Positions 24,291 to 37,510 of a stretch of 64,000 nucleotides of DNA are shown piece after piece (position 1 is the first letter of the stretch; each line of letters starts with the position of its first letter). Source of the stretch: Octopus sinensis (taxonomy: Eukaryota); the NCBI RefSeq assembly GCF_006345805.1, contig NC_043005.1:39308001-39372000 (forward strand), in the 5' to 3' direction. The notes below the pieces were generated by a model, which was given only the letters and a program-made list of their open reading frames with translations, was not told where the DNA came from and did no database searches. The translations under genes and the position numbers were made by a program.

Positions 24291-25779
24291 GATCCACTGA
24301 AATATGTAATTCTGTTATCAATGCAATATGTAGATATAACAAAAGTTGGATAAGTCGCCCTAGTGTTTCGAGATAAAACGAGAAGAAACGATAACTCTTT
24401 TCTTTATTTTAAACCTAAAAGAAAAAGCTTTTTTGTTATGGAGACGATCCTTAAAAGTGTTTCCTCTTGCTACTGTATGATAATTTCTTATAATGCTCTC
24501 TAGGAGTGTTATGAATGCTCATTATAGATCTTCTTTAGAGCGACTTAGAATATCTTTAGTACAGTTGGTTTTTGTTTTGTTTTGTTTTTTTGTTATATCG
24601 CATGGTTTGGAAATTTATGTTATCCAAGCAAGAATAACTAGCTTTAGCCCTGCGAGATTTGCGTAGCCTAATGTTTTTATGTATATGTGAGAAGTGATGA
24701 CTTACTAAAGCTTGCAATCGATGTGAAATCGTCAGACTTTCTGAGATCGTCTGCGTTATGGTAGAGGTTAAAACAGATTACCGTCTTTTTCATAGATCTC
24801 CTCCAATGAGCAGAGCAGTAGGCAGATATCTTTCCATCAAAATAACTTTTCAATCAGACTATGTATATTTTATATCTCGTTATAATTTAATGTGGGCTGA
24901 TTTGCTCTTAATCAGGTTCTTGATTACTGAAGTATTGCTCTGAGCGATTAGAACTTTTGTATATACATACACACACACACACACACCCACACAATACATT
25001 AAACTTCAGCTTGAATCTTGCTTGTTTGCTTGAAATGTTACCCACCCAAACTGGTGCATAACGGGAAAATACTATGAATTAAGTTGCCTCCGAAATGTAA
25101 ATACGAACGGAATAAAAGAAATTTCGCGTAAATCGGATAAGTCCTTGTGAAGATATTACAGATTGTCGGGGTATAAATACCCAAAACGGTGCATAATGGG
25201 AAAATTCTCCGAAATTAATTTAATCCTGAAAGTGAAGTAACTCTTACCTTTCGATTAGACACACTGAGTTAAAAACGAAAAAAAAATACGATTTATTTTT
25301 TACAGTAAATTCTATTTTCACGTTTGTTAAACACAATATTTTAATCATTTAAAAATATCTTAAAGCTAATGTGATTTAAAAAATGTAAGCTGTTTTTTGC
25401 AATAATTATTTATATTTTAGCTTTCTTAAATTTTATAAAATTGTTTTCAAGTGAATACCATTACAAAAGATTTTGTGGCATATTTATAAAATCTTGTAAA
25501 GTGAAAATGATTTTTAGAATGCTGTAAATATTTCATAAAAGACCCGTTCCTTACCTCAGTGTGAAATAATTTTCTTCCGTAAATTTGTTTTGAATTCATT
25601 CAAGGTGTCTCGCGCCAAAGATTTGGCTGCTATTTGTAACAAGCCCTGGTAGCACGGAACAGCTATTTGCGATATAGGACCCGAAATAGCTGTTACGTGG
25701 TAGCAAGGCGTGCAAGAAATAGCAGCCAAGTCTTTCCTGCGAAATAATCTGAAAAAGAAAAACCCCACGAAACAAAACT

Positions 25780-26042
25780 CCGTTGCTGGGAAACTCAGAC
25801 TTTCCCGGTGACCCAACGGGTCACGGGTAGTCCAGTATATATATAAGTAAATATGGGAGCAATAATATTGTCAAAATATCATCATTCGTGGCAAACGAAT
25901 AACAGCCGTACTGGAAAATTAATGAAATATACATATATATATGACACTTATTTATATTTATACTCAAGGGTACTACAAAAGAAAACTCCGTTGCTGGGAA
26001 ACTCAGACTCTCCTAGAGACCCAACGTGTCACGGGTAGTCTA

Positions 26043-26043
<1 letters not shown>
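25780..26043 (+). mobile_element. Two Helitron-like 3' termini (subterminal hairpin followed by a CTAG-like end)
   Basis: aaaactccgttgctgggaaactcagact...gtgacccaacgggtcacgggtagtccagta (~25786-25835) is repeated at ~25983-26043, ending gtagtctaata. Confidence 0.5.
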
Positions 26044-26110
<67 letters not shown>

Positions 26111-26133
26111 ACTGAAACGAAAATGTATATATT

Positions 26134-26318
26134 GTTGTAATTTGGGACGGTCATTTTGGGGGAGGACAAATAAACAAGCACAATATATTCGTTCTTCACC
26201 CCTTTATTACTGCTCTTATTCTAAATAAAGAACAGTAATAAACGAATGAAGAACGAATATATAGTGCATATATAACATATATATTTGGCAAAAAAAAATG
26301 TCCGTCCCGAAATACAAC
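26134..26318. mobile_element. Foldback/MITE-like element, ~185 bp
   Basis: Outer IR 26134-26157 / 26295-26318 (21 of 24 match), inner perfect IR 26183-26198 / 26247-26262, and 26203-26212 / 26233-26242. Confidence 0.7.
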
Positions 26319-26522
26319 TATTTCTGTCTCAACAAGCGGCTTCACACCAGGAATCATACAACGGAAATTCATAAGCGTATATATTTACACGCCATTAAGT
26401 CGATATCGACCCCGAAAGAATGAAAGCAAAGTAGATAGCGGCAAAATTTGCACTCAGAACCTGGTAACGAGCGAATTACCACTAAGTATTTCGTCCGTCG
26501 CGCTAAAGATTCTGCCAGGTCG

Positions 26523-26523
26523 C

Positions 26524-26580
<57 letters not shown>

Positions 26581-26791
26581 CCTATCTACTATTGGCACAA
26601 GGCATGTTTTTATGGGATGGGGGACAGTCGATCACATCGACCCCAGTACTCAACTGCTACTTAATTTATCGACCCGAAAGGATGAAAGGCACAGCCGATC
26701 TTGGTGGAATTTGAACTCAGGACGTAAAGACGAACTAAATGCCGCTAAGCATTTTGCCCACCATGCTAATGCTTCTGCCAACTCACTAACT

Positions 26792-26858
<67 letters not shown>

Positions 26859-26878
26859 GGTGGTGGTGGTGGTGGTGG
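26523..26878 (-). mobile_element. SINE family B (26580-26790) with a (TAA)n tail and adjacent (TGA)n(TGG)n
   Basis: cctatctactattggcacaagg...gacccgaaaggatgaaaggc...gccgctaagcattttgccc. Confidence 0.85.
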
Positions 26879-27041
26879 TCCGTTCATCCAGTGCGATCAC
26901 TAGACCAGCCCAGACGTAGGAAACCGTTAATTGTTGTGGTGAATAGAAAAGAAAAAATATGCATGATAAATCATTATAGAACCCCCCCCCAGTGACAACT
27001 GGATCATTGTGAAAGCAGAAGAAATAATAAATAATAAACAG

Positions 27042-27345
27042 CTATGATTTGAAGTGAGAAATGCGAAGGTTGTGGCCAATGAGGAGAGTAGACGTGATAC
27101 GAATAGTAACTGGGGAACTTGGAAGTATCAGCATTGGACTACCAACATGGCTGAAAAAGATTGGTGCAAGTGTGAATGTAGAACATTTACAAAAATCAGC
27201 AAGGCTTGGAACTGCAAGTATTCTGCGCAGGGTTCTTGAAGCATGACCAGTAAACAAGTGTCCCCTTAGTCTGCTAGCTGTGAACAGCTGACACTTTCCA
27301 TCATACCCAGCAAAATAAGCTGCGAGTTTTCATCACATAAGAATG
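27042..27345 (+). mobile_element. R4/Dong-like restriction-endonuclease LINE, 3' end
   Basis: YDLK*EMRRLWPMRRVDVIRIVTGELGS...LKKIGASVNVEHLQKSARLGTASILRRVLEA* matches the KY.DL..EI.RLW...V.VIP.V.GALG...LQK.ALLGTA.ILR C-terminus of these elements. Confidence 0.8.
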
Positions 27346-27354
27346 ATAATAAAT

Positions 27355-27740
27355 ATTATCCTTTCTACTATAGGCACAAGGTCTGAAATTAGGGCAGCTT
27401 GTCGATTACATCAACCCCCAGTACTCAATTGATACTTATTTTATTGACCCGAAGGATGAAAAGCAAAGTCGATATCGGGAGCATTTGAACTCAGATAGAG
27501 TCAAAATAAATGCGGCTAGGCATTTCGTCCGGTTCAGTAACGATTCCTGTATTAAGGTGGGCAGCCGAAAGAAACGTTCGCACGCCGGGCAAAATGCTTA
27601 GCGGCATTTCCACCGAGGTCGACTGTGTCTCTCATCTTTTCGGAGTGGTCGATAAAATAAGTAGCAGTTGAACGTTGGGATCGATGTAATCGACTTATCC
27701 CTTTCGTTAAAATTGTATCAAAATGTGAAACTAGTATTAA
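27355..27740. mobile_element. Two SINE family B copies, head to head
   Basis: Minus copy 27355-27545 and plus copy 27555-27740. Confidence 0.75.
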
Positions 27741-28049
27741 GTTGCATTTCTTTGTTAAGATTTCAACAAAAAGAAAACAAACCTATTGGCTTAAAATTAC
27801 ATTTGAATTATTTGTGTCAATAACATCAGTACTGATGGAATACCGGAGGTGTTTAATTGGTTATTACGGTGCTTCATCATTAAAGGTTTTAGTATTACTG
27901 ACGCTATTTAGCATGTACGCGAGTTATTCAGATCAATCGATTACCCAAGCCTTTTCGGTATGGCAAAGTTATAAACAGTAATTACTGTGTAATATCTGAA
28001 GGAGGCGTTTATTTAGTGAAGAGAATCTTAAATATATATTAAGAAATAT

Positions 28050-29010
28050 TTACCATGGGATATCTCAAGAACAAAATTATGCACTGTAAAATATTTTGAA
28101 GTACATCAGGATTTGCTGTGGAATATCGGAACGACACAAATAGTCACTATGGAATAAGTGAAGTTCGCAAGTATTTAATGTGGAATATCTGAAGTATGAA
28201 AAAATATTTCATATGGAAAAATTTGATAGGCACAATTATTTATTGTGGCATGTCGAAAGTACACAAATATGAACTACAGCAAATGTGAACTACAAAAATA
28301 TTCCATGTGGAATATTTGAAATATATACGTATTTTCATATTTCTTTATTGCTCACAAGAGACTAAACATAAAGGAGACTAAAAAAGGGATTAAGTCGATT
28401 ACATCGACTCCAGTGCACAACTGGTATTTATTTAATCGACCCCGAAAGGAAGAAAGGCTAAGTCGACCTCGGCGGAATTTGAACCCAGAACGTAACGGCA
28501 GACGAAATACCGCAAAAAATTTCCACCGGCCTGCTAACGATTCCACCATGTCTTTTATATATAAACGTATTTTCTGTGAAATATTTGAAACACTTAAATA
28601 TCTACTGTGGAATATACAAAGTGCAAAAATATTTACCACAGAGTAAATAAACTACACAAATATTTATTGTGAAATATTTCAAACACGTAAATATTTAATA
28701 AGAAACATGAAATGCAGAACATGTATATACAATGAAATATTTATTGGACATGCATAATTTATTATGATATACACTAGCATCTACTGTGAAATGCTTGAAG
28801 TAGATACGTGTCTACAATGAAATATGTACAATATACACAAGTATCTACATAAAACATTGAAAGTATGCAAAAACCTACAGTGAAATGCCTAAAGTAGATA
28901 CATATCTACATTAAAAGATATTATGTACACATAACTACATAAAATATCTAGAGTATAGTGTAAAATATCTTTTGTAGATGCATATCTATTGTGAAATATC
29001 TCATTAGATA
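28050..29010. repeat. Degenerate 31 bp minisatellite (approx. atctactgtggaatatctgaagtacacaaat), split by a SINE
   Basis: Motif recurs at ~28600, 28631, 28662 and 28693 (31 bp spacing) and on both sides of the SINE. Confidence 0.7.
28350..28548 (-). mobile_element. SINE family B
   Basis: gtcgattacatcgactccagt...gtcgacctcggcggaatttgaacccagaacgtaacggcagacgaaataccgc. Confidence 0.85.
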
Positions 29011-30949
29011 TACACTCTAAAAATAATCCTCTCGTTAAAACTGATAATACATAGTCCAAAGCAACCATACACTACTCTGTATTTTCCTTAGTTTTTTTCT
29101 TCTTCATAGCTTTTAATCTCGTAACAGTTTCATAATTTTTGCTTCTAGTTTTCTGTCTCACAATATCTAAGCCTTTCAATGCCTCCCTTACCTTTTAACA
29201 AAAAAACAAAAATCTCTCAGTCCATTTCTCTCTTCCTTTTCTCACTCTCCTTCTATTCAGATTTTTCTCTCTCTTATCAACCCACTCTCTAACGAACATC
29301 GATAATGTCCTTTGAAATACCAAAGCATTTTATTTAGTTTCTGAAAATTCCAGGCCTTTTATCCCCATGTAACAACGATTACCATTATTATTGGTATTAT
29401 TGTTGCTATTATCGTTGATGATAACGATCACAAATGTATTATAAAAAGATGGGAGTTGTCAGAAACCGATAGGAGCAACGCACTAAATTCCTCCCAGTAT
29501 TTAGTTTCGTCCCAATACCTTAAAAATTCAAATTCCACAGGGTTCATGGGCGCCTTTCATCTCTTCGAGATCAATAGGACACACAGTAGGCCGATTTAAT
29601 TCGCATCGGTTCTACCCTCACATGAATGTTCTCCCCGTGAACTAACATATTAAATCAATATTGATTTTGTCTGTTATTATTGTTATTACGATCGTTGTTA
29701 TGTTAGGACTAACAAATCGAGATTGAGTGTGCAATGGTATGAATTGATAATTTGTCAAGAATTCAAAAGAGCAACGCTGAAAACTTTCTTTCCTTCTAAT
29801 GCACAGTGCCTGTATTTTGGAGTGGTTCAAAGCAAACACAGTATCTGCCACAATTTGCATCAGTAGACATTGTTAATATAACATACGCAGTTCTATGGAA
29901 ACGGAATTCAGATTTTATTTTGCATAGGCGTATGGTAGTGTCATCGATAAAGGAATTTGTACGGTGATAAGAAATATGAAATTATGATAAATCGTTGAAT
30001 CGTTGAATTAGATCTGTAACATGATTCTGATTTGAGATGCGTCACAAATGAAAATAAGGATGATAGAAAGGATTATGTCAATGAATATATCGGTGTTGTG
30101 AAAGAAGAAGAAATGAATCGGCATCACGCATACGTATATAAGATCGAGAAACATATATATAAATTAGATAAATCACGACTGACAGGTTAAAGAGTGGGAT
30201 ATATAAATATATATACATATACACGTGTGTGTGTATGTATGTATGTATGTATGTATATATATATATATATATATATACGTGTGTAGGTATTCATTAATAT
30301 ATACATGCATTTATAGACGTATATAAATATATATATATATATATACACTATATATATTATATACATGAATGTATATGTACGGATATATATATAGAATATA
30401 ATACATATATACATACATACACACGAACATAGATACATAGATTCATACGTGCATACATACATGCATACTTAGACACATACATACACGCATGCATACATAC
30501 TTATTCATATACATACATACAAACATACATACATACATACATAAGTTGACGGATTACCTTTTTTTTAGGAATTCCTTGGTGAATAGTCAACGGTGTTGGA
30601 GAGCATAAGGGTTGAATTTGTAGTTGAGAAAAAGTTAGCAGACATGGAAGACAGGAAGCCGTTTGAATAGTGGAAAAAAGCGACCAGGTATCAAAATACT
30701 GGCATCATGACTGCTACGCCATCCTCTGCATATGTTCAAAAGCAAGGGTTGTAAACTATTTATCAATAAAGCCCTTTGATCATAATTTTATTCTGGTAGA
30801 CCCCTATAGCTCTTTGATGTTTTTATAGAAACTTCTTTCAGAATTCCTTTATTTTTCTCACATTACCTCGTGAGAGGTTGAACTTTGTAAATTTTTAGAG
30901 AAAGAAATCTAGCTGTTTCTTGCAATACTTACAAATACATACATCTAAA

Positions 30950-31085
30950 GCAAAATTTTTTCGGGGTCTGTTGAAATAGAGTTGGGGATTTCCAACTTAC
31001 TGCTTTGGTGCGCGAACACTCAAAAATATTATATGGACCCTCAGAGGACATATGGGCCGCGGTTGAAAACAGCTGCTCTAGGGGC
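30950..31085. mobile_element. Possible hAT-type MITE terminus
   Basis: gggccgcggttgaaaacagctgctcta resembles a reversed CAGTGGTTCTCAAC-type hAT TIR; the partner end is not found. Confidence 0.35.
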
Positions 31086-31124
31086 TGTAAAACAATGGCA
31101 TTATGAAATCCAAGTTCTCCTCAA

Positions 31125-31715
31125 GCTTGGTGGATTTCAGGTGTGTCCTAACCGAAGGTGACGTCATATTTCCCCCCATCATTGAACATAGCTTTGGACT
31201 TAATTCATACGACAATATGAAGCTGTTTGCGACTGGTCAATCGCTGACTGGAGAAGTTTGCTGCAGGAAGCTTATATGTCTTGCAGCAGGATTCGGTAGT
31301 ATGCTACACTTCCAGAAATAAGTTAGAAGTGCTTGTCGGAAAACGACTACGACCTCACCAACCCCAATTTATGGTGTCCAAATTCCGCAGATTGTAATCC
31401 CGCGGATATCTATGTGTGGGATGCAGTTGAGAAAAACACCAACCGTTCTGCCTGCAACACCGAGACCGAGTAGGTGACCAAGTTCAATGAGGCGTTCGAA
31501 GATCTTCCGTGAGGCACAGTGAGGAACACATGTTCCAGATTCAGCGGCCGCCTTTAAACTTCAGTGGAAACTGAGCGCAATTACGTTGAGTAAACTGTTA
31601 TCCCCGAGCCATACTCTAGTTGATATATTTTCATTTCTTAGAATCCCTTCATTTCTATTTTATTTTCCGCTATATGCTAATTGTCAAAATTTGCCAGAAC
31701 ACCGATACCTCAATA
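31125..31715 (+). pseudogene. Tc1/mariner (maT/DD37D-like) transposase, C-terminal half
   Basis: EGDVIFPP...QQDS...YTSR...LWCPNSADCNPADIYVWDAVEKNTNRSACNT (WPPNSPD.NP.DY.VW motif); frameshifted. Confidence 0.8.
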
Positions 31716-31979
31716 TACATGTACATTTACATAACTACATAACTACATACGTCATACGTACAGTTACTCAATCCAAATTACAAGTTCAGGTTTATACCTG
31801 TAATTATGTAAAACACTGCCTAAGTACCAATCTTGAGAAATTAGATTTCTCAAAACCAGAAAGGAGAATGCTGATTCTAAGACTACAGAACTGTAAAAAT
31901 CTGTAAAACTTTCCAAAAATTTATCATTTAAGTATGTATGAGCATTCTAGACATGCAACTATATGCTTAAAAATACTTA

Positions 31980-32269
31980 CATAAAACAAAACATACAAAT
32001 CTGCACATATACATACATGCATACATACATACATGCATGCATACATACATACATACATACATATATACCTGCATGCTTGCATACATACATACATACATAT
32101 ATACATACATACATACATACATACATACATACATACGTACATACATACATACATACACACATACATATATACCTGCATGCTTGCATACATACATACATAC
32201 ATACATACACACATACATATATACCTGCATGCTTGCATACTTATATACATACATACATACATACATACA

Positions 32270-32303
<34 letters not shown>

Positions 32304-32447
32304 CATACATACATATATATATGCATGCTTGAATACATACATACATACATACATGCATACATGCATACATACATACATTCATTCATACATACATACATAC
32401 ATACATACATACATACATACATACATACATACATACATACATACATA
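31980..32447. repeat. (ATAC)n array with a recurring atatatacctgcatgcttgc interruption
   Basis: Interruptions at ~32061, 32165, 32218 and 32314. Confidence 0.95.
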
Positions 32448-32879
32448 CCCTGTTGGTGTTTATATTCCAATGAAGGAGCCTTGGATGTAAGTTAGGAACG
32501 GGCTCTTTCTCTATTGGCAAAAAATCTTGAAATAACTATGAATAATGGCATACACACACACAGACGTACATGCATGCATGCATATATACATACATACATA
32601 CATACATACATACATACATACATACATACATACATTCAAATGTGTGTCTATGTGAGTGGTGGGGAAGGCAGACACAAACAGAGAGACTATGGATATTTTA
32701 ATGACAGAAGCGCTATTAAATTGATTAACAAGGCGTCTATAATAGAAAAGTTGTATGCCACTTATCCCAAATATGGTCTTAATCACGTGTGTGTTTGTGT
32801 GCGAGTACACGTAAATGCTAGTGCGTATGTGCGTGCGTGAATACTTGTGCATGTGTTTGCGTATTCGTGCGTGCTTGTG

Positions 32880-33038
<159 letters not shown>

Positions 33039-33687
33039 AAAGTTATCGGCCTGACTTTTACATAGTATTTTCTTGACCTCCAAAGAAAGGAATTGAAACC
33101 GAATTATGAAATCAGTTTGCCGTGAACTGAACATATAAATTTCAAAATTGATCCATAATCTGGTGATACATATACGTGTCTGTGTGTGGTGTATGTTTTA
33201 TATATATATATGCATACATACAAACACACATTCACACACAGACACACACATGCACGCACACATACACAAGCATGAATGCACGCGCGCGCACACAGACACA
33301 CACGCACACAAACGTGTGTGCATGAACAGCAAATATATGTAGAGACAGGTAGAGAGATAGACCGAGAGACAGAGTGATAAATGCTAGATAGATATGTGTG
33401 TGTTTGAATGTGTGTCCATATATGCGTTGTGGTATGTTGTGTGTGCGTGCGTGTGTGTTTGTGTGCGTGTGTGCGTGTGTGCGTGTGAACACCTAGACAA
33501 AACAAAGATGAATAAATAATAACTACGGAAATTATCCGAATTATCTATCTTCCCTAAAATCAGCACGGAATCTATTTGGTGGGGGGGTGTATTTATGTTT
33601 GTTTGTTTGTTTGTAGTGGGGTGGCGATGTTCTTTCTGCTTTCTCCTTATTCTTGTTGTTGATGTTGATGTTGTTGTTGTTGTCGTC

Positions 33688-33718
<31 letters not shown>

Positions 33719-34479
33719 TCTGGTTGTCGATTTACAATTCCTCTTTCAAATAATCTGTACTTATAAGTTTCCAAAACTTATGTTCAGTTATACGCTACTG
33801 TCAAGTTAAATAATGGCATTTTTATTCTCCTTAAAACCAGTCGAAGCATTAATGAATTATTTCTCTTTTCATTCGACAGAAATTGCCAAAACAGATCAAT
33901 AATCTTTGCGATGATCGCTAAGCGAAAATACCAAAAGACATTGCTATGGTGCTACGCTATATTCTGAGAGTATCGTCACAGAGAAACGACCGGATAAGAG
34001 GAAAGAATGAACAGCAGAAAGGGGAAAGTAAAGTGAAGTATATGAGACAAAGTTAATACACAAAACACTACGTATTGATTATAGATTCCGCGACGTTTCT
34101 GGTAATTTGCAAAGCTTATTTGAAACATTGATAGATGGTGAGGAGAATGGTTACTGGGGCAGAAAATTCAGAAAGTCGCGTTTCGGGATTCAATGGTGAG
34201 GATTTCGATTTCAAATTTTGTCGTTACTAAGATTTAAGAGAGAAGAAAGAATATTCGTAGTATGTTTATATGTTATGGAATATCAACTTACCTGAAAATA
34301 TAGGTGTAACGAAGTAAACGATATAAGTTCCTTTGCATAATTTCCATTCTTCTGCAGATTGATTGTGTCTCAAAAGTATCGGCCGAGACTGCAATATAAG
34401 TAGGAGTAATATATATAAATATGTGCGTGTGTGCGTGTGTGTGTATGTGTGTGTGCGCGCGCGTACATATTTATACACG

Positions 34480-34646
34480 TCTGTATTCTAGGCGTAACAG
34501 CCAGGAACTGAGGCGGCCTACCGGAGCGAACATTTTTCCGGTTGCACAAGAAGGGTTGCGTCGACTTACAGCCAAAGTATTTTGCCCTCGCGACATGGGA
34601 ATTGGCGAAAAAAATGAAGTCGAATACTTTTTGAACGTACCTCGTA
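34480..34646 (-). mobile_element. Mariner-like 5' terminal fragment
   Basis: Minus strand begins tacgaggtacgttcaaaaagtattcgac, a typical mariner TIR start, next to (TA)n; no ORF. Confidence 0.5.
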
Positions 34647-34704
34647 TATATATATATATGTGTATATATATATATATATATATGTATATGTATATGTGTG
34701 TGTA

Positions 34705-34754
<50 letters not shown>

Positions 34755-36599
34755 CATATGTATATAGTCAAATCGAATAAACGAACATTAAAAATAACAA
34801 TAACAAGTAACAAGAGGACGTGCACATGAGATGTATCTGTTTGACGCTCGGTAAAAAGAGGGAGATTTTGATGTTTCGTGCATAGCTCTTCGCCGGAAAG
34901 TAAAAAGGAGAAGTCGAAACTAGGAAACATTCACGCGTCAGTTCTTATCTGTACTAAATTAAGATCCAGCTTTCCATACTTTTATAGGTTTGTATAGGGA
35001 TAGGGACAAATGCTTTCTTACTGCTGAAACGTTTTCTGTTAATCTTTCTGGCTACGTGGAAAATTGAAGCAACTTAATCTTTCTCTAAGAAGAATATGAG
35101 TGCCCTGCACGTTATCTTTGTCATTTCTTCTGGATTATACAATAACCGCAACGAAATCTTGCACTACCTACACCGAGAATTTACCCATCCTAGATTCATA
35201 ATTAACGGAATAGTAAAGGAAATTTAATTACATTATCAGGATTATCCACGAATGAAAAAAAAAATTAGTTGCAATACTAGGGTGGATAACGAGAATGAAA
35301 CTGTAGGTACTGATTTTGCTACACATAGCATAACAAAATGATGAATTTTCATACTGAAAAGAAAAATATAGATAGGAAAATCACGTCTTTCTAGGTAAAA
35401 ACATGTAGAATATATTCTTTCTAGTCTCTACACAAATGATCTTCCCAACTTACTATGAATACTAGTTATTTAATGAATATACTGTTAAGCTATCGTACTC
35501 TACCGTTTAATCCTAGCTCATAGCATTTCAGTTACTAATAAACATTGTTTTCTTAAAATTAAACATGCAATCAAGACCAAATGAATATTAATAGTGCATA
35601 TCCTCAGAGCAATTCGCCCTTGACTTGTCTTAAGTCCATCCTACGTGAATTCGCTCTAAACATAATTAATGTTAGCCACACTTATAAATCACTCTTTAAG
35701 TATCGAAACAATAGTTTCTCGTGCAAACACCTTTGGAGGGGATGAACACTATATCCGCACCTATGAATATAATTCGAATAATGATCACATAACTGCTAAT
35801 ACAAAAGGAATAACTACTACTATAAAAATTACAACGTGAAACTCTAGGAAATAAAATGTTTACCTACTACACAGAAAGTGTCTGGTCAAAAACATACTGC
35901 ATCACCAGTTTTAAATTAATAAGTATCAATAAATAATGGAATATGTAGGAAAGTAGGTTTTGTTCCGATATCCCAAGTTGTACTGAGCGCTGTGATTGGT
36001 CGCTGGCTTATGCTTCTGCGGCCTAAGCAGGATCTTTGACTGATCGCCGACCAGTTTTCTCACACAAGGATTCGTGATAAGTTTAACACGGCCCACAATT
36101 GAGTGTACCGAGTGGTGCTGGTGATAAGTGTATCAGTTATGAACGAGGATGGATGTACATAGATGAAGTTCAGTTACATGTGCATGAACGAAAGAATACA
36201 TTAGCTTTACAGCAATTGTTTTGTAGACGATTTTATACACATATCTAAAAATCTAGAATTGCTGTATTCCACTTGAGTTAGCGGCGTACCAGAGGCAATA
36301 CAAAAATTTAACATTGAGTATAGGTTGGAGTAGAGTATTCAAAAATTTGCAACTCTGTAAGCAGGTGAATGGAGGGCAAGCTAAGACGCTAATATGCTAC
36401 CAGAAGCCAATGGAAATTTTACATAGTAACACACCTAAAATAAACGAAATGAGGTGGTCATCAATTCCAATCATAAGAATAATCATACTTTTAAGCTATA
36501 TAAAATTTAAGGAAAATTATATTCAGAACTAAATTTACAATCGGATTCCAGGCGGGAAACATACATTGCTCTCAACTCTGTACCATTATATCCGTTCGC

Positions 36600-37510
36600 G
36601 AATCATTTATCTTCTTTCGGCAATTAGACTGTAGCCATGCTGGGGCAGCGCTATGAAAGATTTTTAGTTGAATGAATCAACACTTGTGTAAGCTTCTCAT
36701 CACACAATCACGCCTCCACTTATATCTTTTATCGTGTAACTTTTACTTGTTTCAGTCATTGACTGCCACCATCCCGGGATACCATTTTTAGGGGTTTTAG
36801 TTGAACATATCGGTCATGGGCGTAACTTTTTTAAACCTAGTACTTATTCTATCGTGTCCTTTCCCGAACTGATAAGTTACGGTGATGTAAACACACTAAT
36901 ACAGGTTTACAAGACAAACACATAGATATATACATTTATATGTATGACGGATTACTTTTAGTTTCCGTCTACCAAATTTACTCACAAAGCTTTGGTCGGC
37001 CAAAAGCTATAGTAGAAGACACTCGACCTAAGTGCCACGCACTGATACTGAACCCGACACCATGTGATTGGATAGTAAGCTTCTAACCAGACAGACATGC
37101 CTGAACTTGTATGTTTATTTCTTTTATTTTATTTTCCTCACTAATTGGATTGAAACCATACCGAGGCACCGCTTTGAAGATGTATCAGTAAGTCCATAGA
37201 ACTGATGCTTATTTTTTAAGTGTGGCACGTCTCTTTGCCGAACTGCTGTTGTAGCTGAACGTAAGTAAACAAACACCGGTTGTCAAGTGGTGGTGGATTG
37301 CAAATTCAAGCATGGAGAAGCCAACGGACAAACACTCATATATATGTGTATATGTATACATATATATATATATACAATGGACTGGCTTCTATTCTGTTTC
37401 CATCTACCAAATTCACTCACACAACATTGGTCCTTATGGCGCTAAAATAGATGTTATTTGACCAAGGTGCCATGCGGTGGGACTGAACACAAAACTAACT
37501 CGATGTGAAG
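36600..37510 (-). mobile_element. Cluster of three SINE family A copies (one 3' fragment, two near full length)
   Basis: 3' domains at ~36610, 36740 and 37120; heads ending at ~37100 and ~37520. Confidence 0.8.
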
